The notes under the pieces were generated by a model. It did not search any database, had not been told where the DNA came from, and worked only from the letters and a program-made list of their open reading frames with translations. DNA of 64,000 bases from Deltaproteobacteria bacterium (lineage in GTDB: Bacteria; Desulfobacterota; Binatia; UTPRO1). Position numbers and translations under genes: made by a program. The stretch is taken from contig JAJCZP010000260.1 of NCBI GenBank assembly GCA_029262315.1, forward strand, positions 1,980 through 65,979, in the 5' to 3' direction. This document shows, one piece after another, positions 44,981-56,094 of the stretch; positions within the stretch are counted from its first letter, which is position 1; the number at the start of each line of letters is the position of its first letter.

Positions 44981-46675
44981 ATGTCTAGACTTGGAGATCT
45001 TCTCGTCCGCCGAGGCGAGATCGAGGAAGCGCAGCTGGAGCGGGCGCTCGGTGAGCAGCGGACCAACGGGGGCGCGCTTGCGAGCCACCTGGTCAAGCTG
45101 GGACTGATCGCGGAGGACGCACTCCTTTCGTACCTGCAGAAGGAGTACCGGCTGCCGGTCGTCGACCCTTCGAGCCTCGAGATCGAGCCCGAGGTATTGG
45201 CGCTCATTCCAACGCAGATGGCGCACAAGCACCACATGATCCCGGTCAATCTGGTGCGCTCGACCTTGACGATGGCGATGGCGGATCCATCGAACCTGAT
45301 CGCGATCAACGAAGTCAAGTTCCTCACGAGCTACGACGTCAAGATCGCCGTCGCGGGCGCGACGGCGGTTCAACGTGCGATCGACCGCTACTACGACGCC
45401 GGCTCGAGCTACGACGACGTCTTGAACGAGATCGACGGCGGCGACGACGTCCAGCTCGTGCAGAGCGAGGAGGAAGTCAACCTCCAGGAGCTCGAACGCG
45501 CCACCGAGGAGGCGCCTGTCGTCCGCCTCGTGAACGCCCTCATGATGGACGCGATCAAGAAACGGGCGAGTGACATCCACGTCGAGCCCTACGAGAAGAT
45601 CCTCCGCATCCGTTTCCGGATCGATGGCGTATTGCACGAAGTGATGCAGCCACCGATCAAGCTGAAGAACGCGATCACCTCGCGTATCAAGGTCATGGCC
45701 CAGCTCGACATTGCCGAGCGTCGGATGCCGCAGGACGGCCGCATAAAACTGAAGATGACGCGCAACCGCGAGATGGACTTCCGCGTCTCGGTCCTTCCCA
45801 CCATATTTGGCGAGAAGGTGGTGCTCCGCCTCCTCGACAAGTCGAATCTTCAGCTCGACATGACGAAGCTCGGTTTCAGCGAACGTGCCCTCGCCGACTT
45901 CAAGGACGCAATCTACAAACCGTTCGGCATGGTGCTGGTCACCGGCCCGACGGGCAGCGGCAAAACGACCTCGCTCTACTCGGCCCTCTCCGAGCTCAAC
46001 AAGGTGACGTCGAACATCTCGACCGCGGAGGATCCTGTCGAGTTCAACCTCATGGGCATCAACCAAGTACAGGTGCACGAGGAGATCGGCTTGTCGTTCG
46101 CGGCGACGCTGCGATCCTTTCTACGGCAGGATCCGGACATCATCATGGTCGGTGAGATCCGCGACTTCGAAACGGCCGAGATCGGCGTCAAGTCCGCCCT
46201 CACGGGGCACCTCGTGCTCTCGACCCTGCACACCAACGACGCCCCCTCCACCATCAACCGACTCCTGAACATGGGCATCGAACCCTTCCTGGTCGCGTCC
46301 TCCATCAATCTCATCATGGCGCAACGCCTCGTGCGCGTGCTCTGCCCAGGATGCCTTGAAGAAACCGAGATCACGCCCGAGGCGTTGGTCGCCATCGGCA
46401 CGCCGCCCGAAATGGCAGAGACCATGCGCTGCTACCAGGGGGCCGGCTGCTCGTCGTGCAGCGGCACAGGCTACAAAGGTCGCATCGCACTCTACGAGGT
46501 CATGCCGATGACCGACGGCCTGCGCGAGGTCATCCTCGCAGGCGGCTCCAACAGCGAGATCAAGCGTGCGGCCATCGACGCCGGCATGGACTCCCTTCGC
46601 CGAAGCGGCATCGACAAGATCGCCGAGGGCGTCACATCAATTGATGAAGTCCTGCGGATCACCATGCCCGACTGA
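44981..46675 (+). CDS. pilB: Type IV pilus assembly ATPase PilB
   Basis: GSPII N-terminal domain. Walker A GPTGSGKTT. Tetracysteine CPGC ... CSSC. Confidence 0.9.
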   Translation: MSRLGDLLVRRGEIEEAQLERALGEQRTNGGALASHLVKLGLIAEDALLSYLQKEYRLPVVDPSSLEIEPEVLALIPTQMAHKHHMIPVNLVRSTLTMAMADPSNLIAINEVKFLTSYDVKIAVAGATAVQRAIDRYYDAGSSYDDVLNEIDGGDDVQLVQSEEEVNLQELERATEEAPVVRLVNALMMDAIKKRASDIHVEPYEKILRIRFRIDGVLHEVMQPPIKLKNAITSRIKVMAQLDIAERRMPQDGRIKLKMTRNREMDFRVSVLPTIFGEKVVLRLLDKSNLQLDMTKLGFSERALADFKDAIYKPFGMVLVTGPTGSGKTTSLYSALSELNKVTSNISTAEDPVEFNLMGINQVQVHEEIGLSFAATLRSFLRQDPDIIMVGEIRDFETAEIGVKSALTGHLVLSTLHTNDAPSTINRLLNMGIEPFLVASSINLIMAQRLVRVLCPGCLEETEITPEALVAIGTPPEMAETMRCYQGAGCSSCSGTGYKGRIALYEVMPMTDGLREVILAGGSNSEIKRAAIDAGMDSLRRSGIDKIAEGVTSIDEVLRITMPD

Positions 46676-46819
46676 GCGGGCGGTGCGCCACGCTCCGAAC
46701 CGGCAATTTCGTGACGAGACGGCGCCGAATGACGCCGCCAGACGAAAAAGACGCAGCCCCGGCAACGGCGCCCGTGGCATGTCGCTTGCTCTCTGCAGTA
46801 GCCGTCAGGGACCCGTCTC

Positions 46820-47923
46820 ATGGTGAACATTCAAGATTTTCTTCAGCTGATGCTCGAAGCGGGCGCGTCCGATCTGCACATCACCCAGGAGAGCCCGCCC
46901 CTCATTCGCGTACATGGCGAACTGCGTCCGCTAGCGTATCCACCGCTCACCGCCACCGATACGCGAACGCTGTGCTACAGCATTCTGACCGAGGCGCAGA
47001 AGAAGAAGTTCGAGGAAGACAGCGAGCTCGACTTCTCGTTCGCCGCGGCCGGTGTCTCGCGCTTTCGCGGCAATCTCTATCTCCAGAAGGGCGCTGTCGG
47101 CGGGGCCTTTCGCGCGATTCCCTACGAGATTCCCGCCCTCGACACCCTCGGACTCAGCAAGGCGGTTCTCGATCTCGCGGAGCTGCCCCGTGGCCTCGTG
47201 CTGATTACCGGCCCGACGGGCAGCGGCAAGTCGACGACCCTCGCGGCGATCATCGACAAGATCAACGAAACCCGGCCCGAGCACATCATCACCGTCGAGG
47301 ATCCCATCGAGTTCGTGCATACGCACAAGCGCGCGATGGTGAACCAACGCGAGGTTTTCGCCGACACGCAGAGCTTCGCCAAGTCACTGAAACACGTACT
47401 GCGGCAGGATCCGGACATAGTCCTCATCGGTGAGATGCGTGACCTCGAGACAATCGAGGCCGCGCTGGTCGTCGCCGAGACGGGTCACCTCGTGTTCTCG
47501 ACACTACACACCAACTGCGCCGTCCAGACGATCAACCGTGTCATCGACGTGTTCCCGCCGCATCAGCAGGAGCAGGTACGCGCCCAGCTCTCGCTGGTGC
47601 TGCAAGGCGTGGTGTCGCAACAGCTGCTACCGCGTTGGGACGGACGCGGGCGTGTGCTCGCCGCCGAGGTCATGGTCCCGAACCCCGCCATCCGCAACCT
47701 CGTCCGCGAGGCGAAGGTGCACCAGATCTACTCGCAGATGCAGGTCGGCCAACAGAAGTGGCACATGCAAACGATGAGTCAGGCCCTGATCAGCCTGCAT
47801 GAGCGCAAGCTGATTACAGCCGACGAGGCCCTCGCGCACGCCACCGAGCCAGAAGAGATGAAGACGTTGCTGGCGCAGTTCGGTGACGGACCAAGTCCCG
47901 TGCGACGGGCGGCACGACAGTAG
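46820..47923 (+). CDS. pilT: Twitching motility ATPase PilT
   Basis: GPTGSGKSTT, the AIRNLVRE motif; typical 367 aa. Confidence 0.9.
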   Translation: MVNIQDFLQLMLEAGASDLHITQESPPLIRVHGELRPLAYPPLTATDTRTLCYSILTEAQKKKFEEDSELDFSFAAAGVSRFRGNLYLQKGAVGGAFRAIPYEIPALDTLGLSKAVLDLAELPRGLVLITGPTGSGKSTTLAAIIDKINETRPEHIITVEDPIEFVHTHKRAMVNQREVFADTQSFAKSLKHVLRQDPDIVLIGEMRDLETIEAALVVAETGHLVFSTLHTNCAVQTINRVIDVFPPHQQEQVRAQLSLVLQGVVSQQLLPRWDGRGRVLAAEVMVPNPAIRNLVREAKVHQIYSQMQVGQQKWHMQTMSQALISLHERKLITADEALAHATEPEEMKTLLAQFGDGPSPVRRAARQ

Positions 47924-47946
47924 GACCGCGACAGAAGGAGCAGGCG

Positions 47947-49164
<1,218 letters not shown>

Positions 49165-49166
49165 GG

Positions 49167-51188
49167 ATGACGGCTCACGAGGGGACGAACGACGGAAACG
49201 TTGGCCTGCGCCGGCGTCTCGGCTGGCTGCTGATCGTCCGGCTGGGCCTCGTATCGCTCTTTCTCGCCGTTGCGGCAGTCGTCTACCGCCCGCATGCAAC
49301 CGAGACCCTCGATCCTCGCCTCGGACTGCTCGCGCTCGGATACGGCGTCACCGCGATCTCCGGGCTTCTGCTCGGACGTGTACGCAGGATTCTGGCCTTC
49401 GCGGGACTGCAACTCGCCGTCGATCTCGCGCTCGTCAGTCTCGTGATCCTCGTCACGGGCGGGCTCGATAGCCCACTGGCGGTTCTGTACAACGTCGTGA
49501 TCCTGAACGCCGCCCTGCTCGGACTGGGCCCTGGAATCACGGCGACCGCGGCAGCGGCTGCGGCTGTCTACGGCGGATTGATGACGACACTGGCGCTCGA
49601 AGCGCCCGCCAGCCTGCCGATGGGGCCCTACATCTTCAGCCACACGACCATCGTCGCGTCATTCTTGGTGATTGCCGCGCTTGCCCGCTATCTCGGCACA
49701 CAACTCGCCGTCGCCGAGTCACTCCTCGTCGAACGGCAAGCCGAAATCGGACGGATCGAAACGCTGCAGAGTCTGGTCGCCAACACCCTCGACCACGGGC
49801 TCGTGACCACGGACAGCAGCGGTCGGGTCCAGACGTCCAATCCCACCGCGGCCGAGATCCTCGGGACGCACCCCCCCGTGGGAGCCTCGCTCGACGTAAG
49901 CTTGCCGGGAGCCGCGATGCTTCCGATTGGTGGCGCGCCAACGGAGCTGGCCCTCGGCGCAGAGGGCGAGTCGTCGCGGTTGGTCCGCGCGAAAGTCGCC
50001 GAGGTCACCGACACGTTCCAGCGACCAGTCGGCCGCATCTACGTGCTCCAGGACGTGACGACCGTTCGGGAGATGGAGTCCAAGCTCCGCGATCAGGAAA
50101 CGATCGACGCGTATGCTGCCAGGGCCGTCCAAACACACGACGACGCTCCCATCGCGGCGTTCGAAGGCCTCGTCGGTGAGAGCGAGCCGATGCGACGGGT
50201 CTATAGCCTGATCGACAAGGTTGCACCTTCCGATTCCACCGTCCTCATCACGGGGGAAAGCGGCACGGGCAAAGAGCTCGTCGCCCGCGCGATCCATCAG
50301 CGGAGCCCGCGACGCGACCGCGACTTCGTGGCGGTGAACTGTGGAGCCATCCCCGAGTCCCTGATCGAGAGCGAACTCTTCGGCCATGTCCGCGGCGCGT
50401 TTACTGGTGCCGTCGTGGACCGACCTGGCCTCTTCCGCCAAGCGCATGGCGGCACGATCTTCCTGGATGAGATCGGCGAGCTTCCCTTGGCGATGCAGGT
50501 CCGACTCCTGCGGGTACTCCAGGACCAGCAACTCGTTCCCGTCGGAGGTACCGCCACAACGACGGTCGACGTCCGCGTCGTCGCGGCGACCAATCGCAAC
50601 CTCGAACGTTCCGTCAGCGAGGGCGCCTTCCGCGAAGACCTGTACTACCGCTTGAACGTCATCCGCATCGAAACCCCCTCGCTCCGGGAACGCCCCGAGG
50701 ACATACCGCTCTTGCTCACGCACTTGCTACAGACCTGCTCTGCCCGGCACGGCAAGATCGTCGAGCGGGTCTCGCCCCGCACGATGCGAGCGCTCGTGAC
50801 CTACAACTATCCCGGCAACGTTCGCGAGCTCGAGAACGCCGTCGACCACGCGATCACCCTCTGCGAGGGCGACGCCCTGACGGAGCACGACCTGCCGGCG
50901 CAGTTGCACTCCCCGCCCGACACGCCGAGCGGCCCGACTCCGACGACGACTCCGGGGTCAGCCGCGCCGACACCGCCGCGGCTGACCCCGGGACTCGACC
51001 TCGACGACCAGCTCGCCACCTACGAGAAGGACATGATCCTCGCCGCGCTCGATCAAGCGCAGGGCGTCCGGAAACACGCCGCGGAGATCCTTGGCATCAA
51101 GTACCGAAGCCTGCGGCACCGGCTCTCGAAGTACGGACTGGCCATCACTGACGAGGACGACGGGCTCGGATCGAGCACCGCCTCTTAG
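49167..51188 (+). CDS. Membrane-anchored sigma-54-dependent activator: PilS-like 6-TM sensor region + PAS fused directly to a PilR-like AAA+/Fis HTH output (no kinase or receiver domain)
   Basis: Six N-terminal TM helices, a PAS-like segment, then GESGTGKE, GAFTGA and ESELFGH sigma-54 interaction motifs, and a C-terminal HTH. No HisKA/HATPase or D-containing REC is seen. Confidence 0.8.
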   Translation: MTAHEGTNDGNVGLRRRLGWLLIVRLGLVSLFLAVAAVVYRPHATETLDPRLGLLALGYGVTAISGLLLGRVRRILAFAGLQLAVDLALVSLVILVTGGLDSPLAVLYNVVILNAALLGLGPGITATAAAAAAVYGGLMTTLALEAPASLPMGPYIFSHTTIVASFLVIAALARYLGTQLAVAESLLVERQAEIGRIETLQSLVANTLDHGLVTTDSSGRVQTSNPTAAEILGTHPPVGASLDVSLPGAAMLPIGGAPTELALGAEGESSRLVRAKVAEVTDTFQRPVGRIYVLQDVTTVREMESKLRDQETIDAYAARAVQTHDDAPIAAFEGLVGESEPMRRVYSLIDKVAPSDSTVLITGESGTGKELVARAIHQRSPRRDRDFVAVNCGAIPESLIESELFGHVRGAFTGAVVDRPGLFRQAHGGTIFLDEIGELPLAMQVRLLRVLQDQQLVPVGGTATTTVDVRVVAATNRNLERSVSEGAFREDLYYRLNVIRIETPSLRERPEDIPLLLTHLLQTCSARHGKIVERVSPRTMRALVTYNYPGNVRELENAVDHAITLCEGDALTEHDLPAQLHSPPDTPSGPTPTTTPGSAAPTPPRLTPGLDLDDQLATYEKDMILAALDQAQGVRKHAAEILGIKYRSLRHRLSKYGLAITDEDDGLGSSTAS

Positions 51189-51479
51189 GCTGCGACGCAT
51201 GACACAGCGAACACTGCGAGACTCGCATCACACACCCGCGCACGCCAGAGCGCTGACCTGTTCGAGCGGCGCGTTTGTGACGGGCATTTTTTGTCAGTGC
51301 ATCAGAAAGCGTCGGTCGCTAGCGGAGTTGGAGCGCGGGAACAATGCGTTCTGGTACGGGCTGCGCCCCACCGGTCGCATGGTGGCCGCGGCAACAGACC
51401 GCAAAGCTGGCGCGGAAGCACGCGTTCATCCGAGAGTTTTTGTCCGCGGAAATTTACGCCGGTGCCACCGATCCATCCT

Positions 51480-51495
51480 TGGCACCGGCCTTGCT
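51480..51495 (+). promoter_or_regulatory. Sigma-54 (-24/-12) promoter TGGCAC-N5-TTGC upstream of pilA
   Basis: ttGGCACcggccTTGCt read directly, ~62 nt upstream of the pilA ATG. Confidence 0.6.
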
Positions 51496-51556
51496 CCGTC
51501 CCAGCTCAACAAAACCATTCCGGGCGCACCAGCGACCCGAGCAACAGGAGGGAAGC

Positions 51557-51946
51557 ATGACCAAAAGAACCAATGAATCGGGTTTCACACTGATCGAGCT
51601 TCTGGTCGTGGTAGCGATCATCGGAATTCTCGCTGCCATCGCCATTCCACAGTTCGCCGCGTATCGGGCGAAGGGTTTCGACGCGCGCTCCTCGAGTGAC
51701 TGCCGCAATGCGGCGACGGCTCTCGAGGCGTTCTTCGTCGACAACGCTACCTATGCGGGCGCAACAGCAGCCACCCTGCCGGGCTTTGTCCAGTCGGCCG
51801 ACGTTGCCGTGACGATCACGGGTGCCGTTACGAACTTCACGGTCGGGTGTTCGAGCACCAAGGGCACGACAGGCTACACGTGCAATTGGAACAGCGCCCC
51901 AGCCGCGGGCAACCCGAACATGGTCTGTGGTGTCGCTGCACCGTAA
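51557..51946 (+). CDS. pilA: Type IV major pilin PilA
   Basis: Prepilin leader MTKRTNESG|FTLIELLVVVAIIGILAAIA with Glu+5. 129 aa with a C-terminal Cys pair. SD AGGAGGGAAG. Confidence 0.9.
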   Translation: MTKRTNESGFTLIELLVVVAIIGILAAIAIPQFAAYRAKGFDARSSSDCRNAATALEAFFVDNATYAGATAATLPGFVQSADVAVTITGAVTNFTVGCSSTKGTTGYTCNWNSAPAAGNPNMVCGVAAP

Positions 51947-51966
51947 GTAACGCGACGCAACCGTAC

Positions 51967-52008
51967 CGGCGCGGGCGGGCCTTCGGGCTCGCCCGCGCCT
52001 TTCTTTCT
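51967..52008 (+). terminator. Rho-independent terminator after pilA (ggcgcgggcgggcc-ttcg-ggctcgcccgcgcc followed by tttctttct)
   Basis: Perfect ~13-bp GC stem plus a T-rich tract, read directly. Confidence 0.75.
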
Positions 52009-52021
52009 GGGAGGAAGTGCC

Positions 52022-53614
52022 GTGCCCGTCCGTCTCATCTTTCATATGCTCTGGGTAGCCACGGCACTCCGCGTACTCGTCCCGTCCTTCGCGGACCCAG
52101 ACCTCTGGGGTCATGTGCTCTTCGGCTCCATTCTTCTTGGCGGAGCACTCCCCGCCGTCAACGGATTCGCCTACACCGCGGCCGATCATCCGTGGGTGAA
52201 CCACGAACTACTCGCCGAGATCTCGATGGCCGCCGTCTTCAACGCCGGCGGTGCCGGCGGGCTGATCGCGTTCAAGGTCGGCCTCGGGCTCGCCACCCTT
52301 TTCTTGGTCTGGCGCGCGGCGTTCCATCGGACGCACAATCACGTCGCGAGCGGCATCGCGACCGCCGTCGTCGCCATCGCCATGACGCCGGGCTTCATGA
52401 TCCGACCACAGATCTTCACCCTGCTCTTCCTCGCGGCGACGCTCGCCGAACTCGCCAAGGTCGACTATCGCCCACGAGGCATGGTCTGGGGGTTGCCCCT
52501 TCTCTTCGTCGTATGGATCAATACCCACGGCGGCGTGCTGGCGGGCCTCGGGCTCGCCGGCGTCGGCGTCGTCGCGGCGCTCGCGGGACGCTGGCGGAGC
52601 GGCGAGCGCCGACTGCCTGACGTAGTCACGAGCGGCCTGTTCCTCGCGACGCTCGCCTTGGCCTTGCTCCTGAACCCCTGGGGTGTCGGACTCCTGGACT
52701 TCCTCGCGACCGACGTCACGCCACAAGTGGCCATCACCGAGTGGGCGCCCGTCTCACTGACGGACGCCTCGTTCCCGATGTTCAAGGTGCTCCTGATCCT
52801 GGTCGCGGCATACTGCCTGCTCGGCCGGAACATTCGCCTTCCTGAAGCGGCCATCGCGGTCGCCGCGGGGATCGTCGCCATCATGCACCAACGCCACATC
52901 CCGTTGTTCGCGATCGCCGCGACGCCGATCATCGCGACCGCGGTCGCGCAGTGGTGGGACGCGCCGACACGAGAACCCTTGCGACGCTTGGCCTACGGCC
53001 TGTGCGCTGTGCTTGCCGTCGTGCAGCTCGGAATTGCCACAACCGCGGGCATCGCGGCCCGCGGCCAGATCTTCGTCAATCCATGGCACTACCCGGTGCA
53101 AGCTGTCCGGTTCCTCGCCCAGAACGACATCGCGGGCAACGTCGCCCTGCCCTTCCAGTGGGGCGAATACGCGATCTGGGCGCTCCCCTCAGGATCGCGT
53201 GTCGCCGTCGATGGTCGATTCACGACCGCCTATCCGCAGACGCTGCTGAGCTCCGTCTGGCGCTTCATGAGCGGAGAGCCACAGTGGGATACCCTCCTGA
53301 CCGACTATCCGACCGACATCGTCATCAGCGACCGCAATCACGCGCCGGCGACGCTCCTGCGCGATCATGAGGAATGGGAGTACGTCTACTCCGATCCAGT
53401 CAGCGTGGTGTTCATCCGGCATGTAGACTCGCAGGCGGACACGCTCGCGCGCTTCCACGGCGGCTCGCTACGCTACGACAACAGCCCGCTCGATACGTCG
53501 TTCCCTGGCCCGTACCAGGGAAACACCGACGCCGAAGCCCCGTTCGTGCCCACGGCGGACTGCCGACTCACGGCGGACACCCCCCCTGGCGCAGAGCGCC
53601 CAGACTTCTGCTAA
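52022..53614 (+). CDS. Polytopic membrane protein (GT-C-fold-like) immediately downstream of pilA; possible pilin-modifying glycosyltransferase
   Basis: ~11 TM helices and a large periplasmic C-terminal domain. RBS GGGAGGAAG. An alternative ATG lies at 52046. Confidence 0.6.
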   Translation: MPVRLIFHMLWVATALRVLVPSFADPDLWGHVLFGSILLGGALPAVNGFAYTAADHPWVNHELLAEISMAAVFNAGGAGGLIAFKVGLGLATLFLVWRAAFHRTHNHVASGIATAVVAIAMTPGFMIRPQIFTLLFLAATLAELAKVDYRPRGMVWGLPLLFVVWINTHGGVLAGLGLAGVGVVAALAGRWRSGERRLPDVVTSGLFLATLALALLLNPWGVGLLDFLATDVTPQVAITEWAPVSLTDASFPMFKVLLILVAAYCLLGRNIRLPEAAIAVAAGIVAIMHQRHIPLFAIAATPIIATAVAQWWDAPTREPLRRLAYGLCAVLAVVQLGIATTAGIAARGQIFVNPWHYPVQAVRFLAQNDIAGNVALPFQWGEYAIWALPSGSRVAVDGRFTTAYPQTLLSSVWRFMSGEPQWDTLLTDYPTDIVISDRNHAPATLLRDHEEWEYVYSDPVSVVFIRHVDSQADTLARFHGGSLRYDNSPLDTSFPGPYQGNTDAEAPFVPTADCRLTADTPPGAERPDFC

Positions 53615-53627
53615 AGTTGGACTTACG

Positions 53628-54389
53628 ATGGACGTGACGGCGATCACGACGGTCTTCGTATTCGGAACGATCGTTGGTAGCTTTCTGAACGTATGCATTG
53701 CCCGCCTGCCCGAAGGCCAGTCGGTGGTCGCGCCACGCTCGCGGTGCCCCGGCTGTAAGACGACCATCGCCTGGTACGACAACCTCCCGGTGCTCAGCTA
53801 TGTCGCGCTCGGTGGACACTGCCGGGCCTGCGGCATCGACATCTCGGCGGTCTATCCAATGGTGGAGGTCGTCACTGGCGCTCTCGCGGTGGCCTTGTGG
53901 ATGGAACTCGGGCCGACGCTCGCCTTCGCCGGGTACTCCGTGTTCGCCGCCGCCCTGATCACGATTACTTTCATCGACCTCGACCACCAGATCATCCCCG
54001 ACGTCATCTCGCTTCCGGGTATTGCCCTCGGCCTGGCGTTCTCGTTGGTCTCGCCACTCGTAACGCCGCTGGACTCGCTGTTCGGGGTTCTCGCCGGGGG
54101 AGGCTCCCTCCTCGCCGTCGCCTGGAGCTATCGCCTCATCCGCGGCCAGGACGGCATGGGAGGCGGAGACATCAAGCTCCTGGCAATGATCGGCGCCTTC
54201 CTGGGGTGGCAGAGCATTTTCGTCACCGTCATGGCCGCGTCGATCGTCGGCTCGGTCATCGGCCTGGCAACGATGCTCTACCGTCGCGCCGACACCCGCC
54301 TCGCCATCCCCTTTGGTCCGTTCCTCGCGGGCGGGGCGCTGATTCATCTGTTCTTCGGCGAGCAGATCCTCCGTTTCTACTTCCCCTAA
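53628..54389 (+). CDS. pilD: Prepilin peptidase PilD (A24 family)
   Basis: Zn-finger CPGC ... CRAC, with catalytic Asp motifs in DGMGGGDIKL. Confidence 0.88.
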   Translation: MDVTAITTVFVFGTIVGSFLNVCIARLPEGQSVVAPRSRCPGCKTTIAWYDNLPVLSYVALGGHCRACGIDISAVYPMVEVVTGALAVALWMELGPTLAFAGYSVFAAALITITFIDLDHQIIPDVISLPGIALGLAFSLVSPLVTPLDSLFGVLAGGGSLLAVAWSYRLIRGQDGMGGGDIKLLAMIGAFLGWQSIFVTVMAASIVGSVIGLATMLYRRADTRLAIPFGPFLAGGALIHLFFGEQILRFYFP

Positions 54390-54590
54390 CGGGAACGTCA
54401 CCTCGACCGCGTCGGGAATGCCCCGATACGCGCGCTGCCCGGACCCCAGGCAACGCCCGCCGTCGGAGCTGCCACACGCGCGTAGGGTGATGCTCTGCGC
54501 CGGTCGCGCCGGAACGTGAGCCGGCGCGAGACGCCGGGTACTCGTAGGGCTGCGGGGCTCGCGGCTAGCGAGTAGGCAGAGTGCATCTCG

Positions 54591-55040
54591 ATGCGTGGGG
54601 GACGACGATGGTGTTCCGGGGTTACGATGGTGGAGTTGCTGGTCGTCATGGGTCTGGCGGGAATCGTTGCCGGCGGCTCGGTGCTGATCGCCCCTCGAAT
54701 CGATGGGGCGATACGACTCGAGACAGCCGTGCATCTCCTTGCAGCGGACCTCCGCCAGGCACGAACGTTGGCCGTCGCCTCGGCGCGCCGGATACGTCTC
54801 GTACTCCGCGAGGGAGGGGTCGGCTACGTGCGGCAGGCGTCCGAGGGGAGCGCCTACCTGATCGACCAGACGCGCCTCCTGCCGGTGGGCGTCGCGATCG
54901 CCCGCGTCGGCTCCGGAGGTACGCTCACGTTCTCGCCGCTCGGCAATGGAGAGAACGCGACGATCGTTCTCGAGCATCGCTCCGGAATTCAGCGGGCGCT
55001 CGTCATCAATCAACGCGGCCGCATACGCATCGGCAAGTAG
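54591..55040 (+). CDS. Minor pilin / pseudopilin (GspH/FimT-like) with a prepilin N-terminal methylation motif
   Basis: G|VTMVELLVVMGLAGIVA with Glu+5. Confidence 0.7.
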   Translation: MRGGRRWCSGVTMVELLVVMGLAGIVAGGSVLIAPRIDGAIRLETAVHLLAADLRQARTLAVASARRIRLVLREGGVGYVRQASEGSAYLIDQTRLLPVGVAIARVGSGGTLTFSPLGNGENATIVLEHRSGIQRALVINQRGRIRIGK

Positions 55041-55060
55041 ACGTCAGCCACGCGAGCGGA

Positions 55061-55420
55061 ATGACGCGGTCTCGGGAGCGAGGACACGCCCTCATCGAGG
55101 TCCTCGCGGCGCTGATCCTCTTCGCGCTAGCCGGCGCGGTCGTGGCCAGCGCTGCCACGACCAATCTTCGAAGCCTGCGCGCGGCGGAGGTACGGGGACG
55201 GCTGGTGGCGCTGGCGGCCCGCGAGCTCTCGCGGCTCCAGGTCCTGGCGGAGCCAGGTACACGCACTCAGCCCCTTGCGGACGACGCGATCAGCGGAACC
55301 ATCACGGGAGAGACCATCGTCAACGAGGAGGCAACGCTGGCGACACATACGGCGACGGTCGCGACCGTGCCGCCCGGTCCGCGGGTGCGTCTGGTCACGC
55401 GGACGCGTCTGCCATGGTAG
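55061..55420 (+). CDS. Minor pilin (PilV/GspI-like)
   Basis: G|HALIEVLAALILFALAG with Glu+5. Confidence 0.65.
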   Translation: MTRSRERGHALIEVLAALILFALAGAVVASAATTNLRSLRAAEVRGRLVALAARELSRLQVLAEPGTRTQPLADDAISGTITGETIVNEEATLATHTATVATVPPGPRVRLVTRTRLPW

Positions 55421-56094
55421 CGGCGGAGCGGCAGCTGGGAGGCCAGGCCCTGACGACGGGCGCGGTCCCGACGACGGGCGCGGTTAGCCACCGCGTCGCA
55501 CGGTGCCGACGGCGGGCGGTGCCTCTTTCGGGCCTGACCTTGGTCGAACTGCTGATCGGGCTCGCCATGACGTCGATCATGCTCGGCGCCCTGACCTCCT
55601 TGGTCACGGTGACCCTCGGAACCTGGCGGCGGTCGATCGCGGCCGCCGAAGCAGCGGACGAGGCCCTCGCCGCCCTCGACCAAATCACACGAGACATCAG
55701 GGTGGCCGGCTACGACCCTCGCCAGCAGGGCCTCCCCGGCCTCGTCAAGGCCACCACGCGCCGTATCGCGATGGCAGCCGATCTCGACGCCGACGGCCGC
55801 GTCGATTCCCGCTCGAAGGAACTGATCGCGTACCGACGATCGCGTCGGGGTGATCTCGTGCGCGTCGTCGGACGGCAGGCGATGCCTCTGCTCTCGGGGC
55901 TCGCCGTAGACGGGCTCGAATTCACGTACCGCGACGACCAAGCGCGACGGGTCGATCCCAGAAGACACGGCGCCCAGAACAAGATCAGCCTGGTCGGGGT
56001 CACGCTCGCCACCCGCGCAGCCCTGGATGGCAGCCAGGATCGCGCAGCAACCCGTGTCACGGGAGGAGCGCGGATCCTGAGTCGCCAACCATGA
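55414..56094 (+). CDS. Minor pilin (PilW/GspJ-like)
   Basis: G|LTLVELLIGLAMTSIMLGAL with Glu+5. Overlaps the previous stop (ATGGTAG). Confidence 0.65.
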   Translation: MVAAERQLGGQALTTGAVPTTGAVSHRVARCRRRAVPLSGLTLVELLIGLAMTSIMLGALTSLVTVTLGTWRRSIAAAEAADEALAALDQITRDIRVAGYDPRQQGLPGLVKATTRRIAMAADLDADGRVDSRSKELIAYRRSRRGDLVRVVGRQAMPLLSGLAVDGLEFTYRDDQARRVDPRRHGAQNKISLVGVTLATRAALDGSQDRAATRVTGGARILSRQP

